This document shows, piece by piece, positions 64,000-64,000 of a stretch of 64,000 bases of DNA (position 1 is its first letter; every line of letters begins with the position of its first letter). Origin of the DNA: an uncultured Alphaproteobacteria bacterium (lineage in GTDB: Bacteria; Pseudomonadota; Alphaproteobacteria; VGEJ01); assembly GCA_913041535.1 (NCBI GenBank), contig CAJWJK010000003.1, positions 90,953-154,952 of the forward strand. Direction: 5' to 3'. Under the pieces are notes generated by a model. The model was not told where the DNA came from. It saw only the letters and a list, made by a program, of their open reading frames with translations, and did not search any database. The translations under genes were made by a program, and so were the position numbers.

Positions 64000-64000
64000 A

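Noticed and set aside
1-64000. Scan for CRISPR arrays, IS elements, integrases, and rRNA/tRNA genes.
   Set aside because: No direct-repeat arrays, transposase or integrase-like ORFs, or rRNA/tRNA-like conserved segments were seen. The accessory-looking loci show no obvious mobile-element boundaries within this window.

Overview
This window looks like a chromosomal segment from an alphaproteobacterium. The evidence is a porin ending in a C-terminal Phe, an RpoH-type CTTG-N17-CYTATNT promoter in front of dnaK, and the gene orders hrcA-grpE / dnaK-dnaJ, leuS-lptE-holA, rph-rdgB-hemW and murJ-trpS. Most of the window is densely packed housekeeping genes: tsaB-rimI, trpS, murJ, frmA, ribA, yggS, leuS, lptE, holA, dnaKJ, grpE, hrcA, rph, rdgB, hemW, lpoA/rsmI/dolP, gshB, mutS, lolA and the 3' end of ftsK. 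No rRNA, tRNA, CRISPR array or mobile element could be supported. Two accessory-looking islands stand out. The first is a sulfation locus (14.2-20.2 kb): an APS kinase fused to a CysN-like domain whose GTPase motifs are all degenerate, next to two sulfotransferases of different families that flank a porin. The second is a glycoconjugate locus (44.8-61.4 kb). It is a 12-gene co-directional array joining four glycosyltransferases, a NodB-like deacetylase, a histidine phosphatase and a small membrane protein to a YejABEF-type ABC importer. Divergent from it is a highly atypical 883-aa ABC exporter-like protein with degenerate Walker A, Walker B and H-loop and a triplicated helical subdomain, followed by a stand-alone cNMP-binding protein and a small methyltransferase-like protein. 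That exporter / cNMP / glycosyltransferase module is the best candidate for an undescribed system. All calls come from reading motifs in the translated ORFs; no database search was run.
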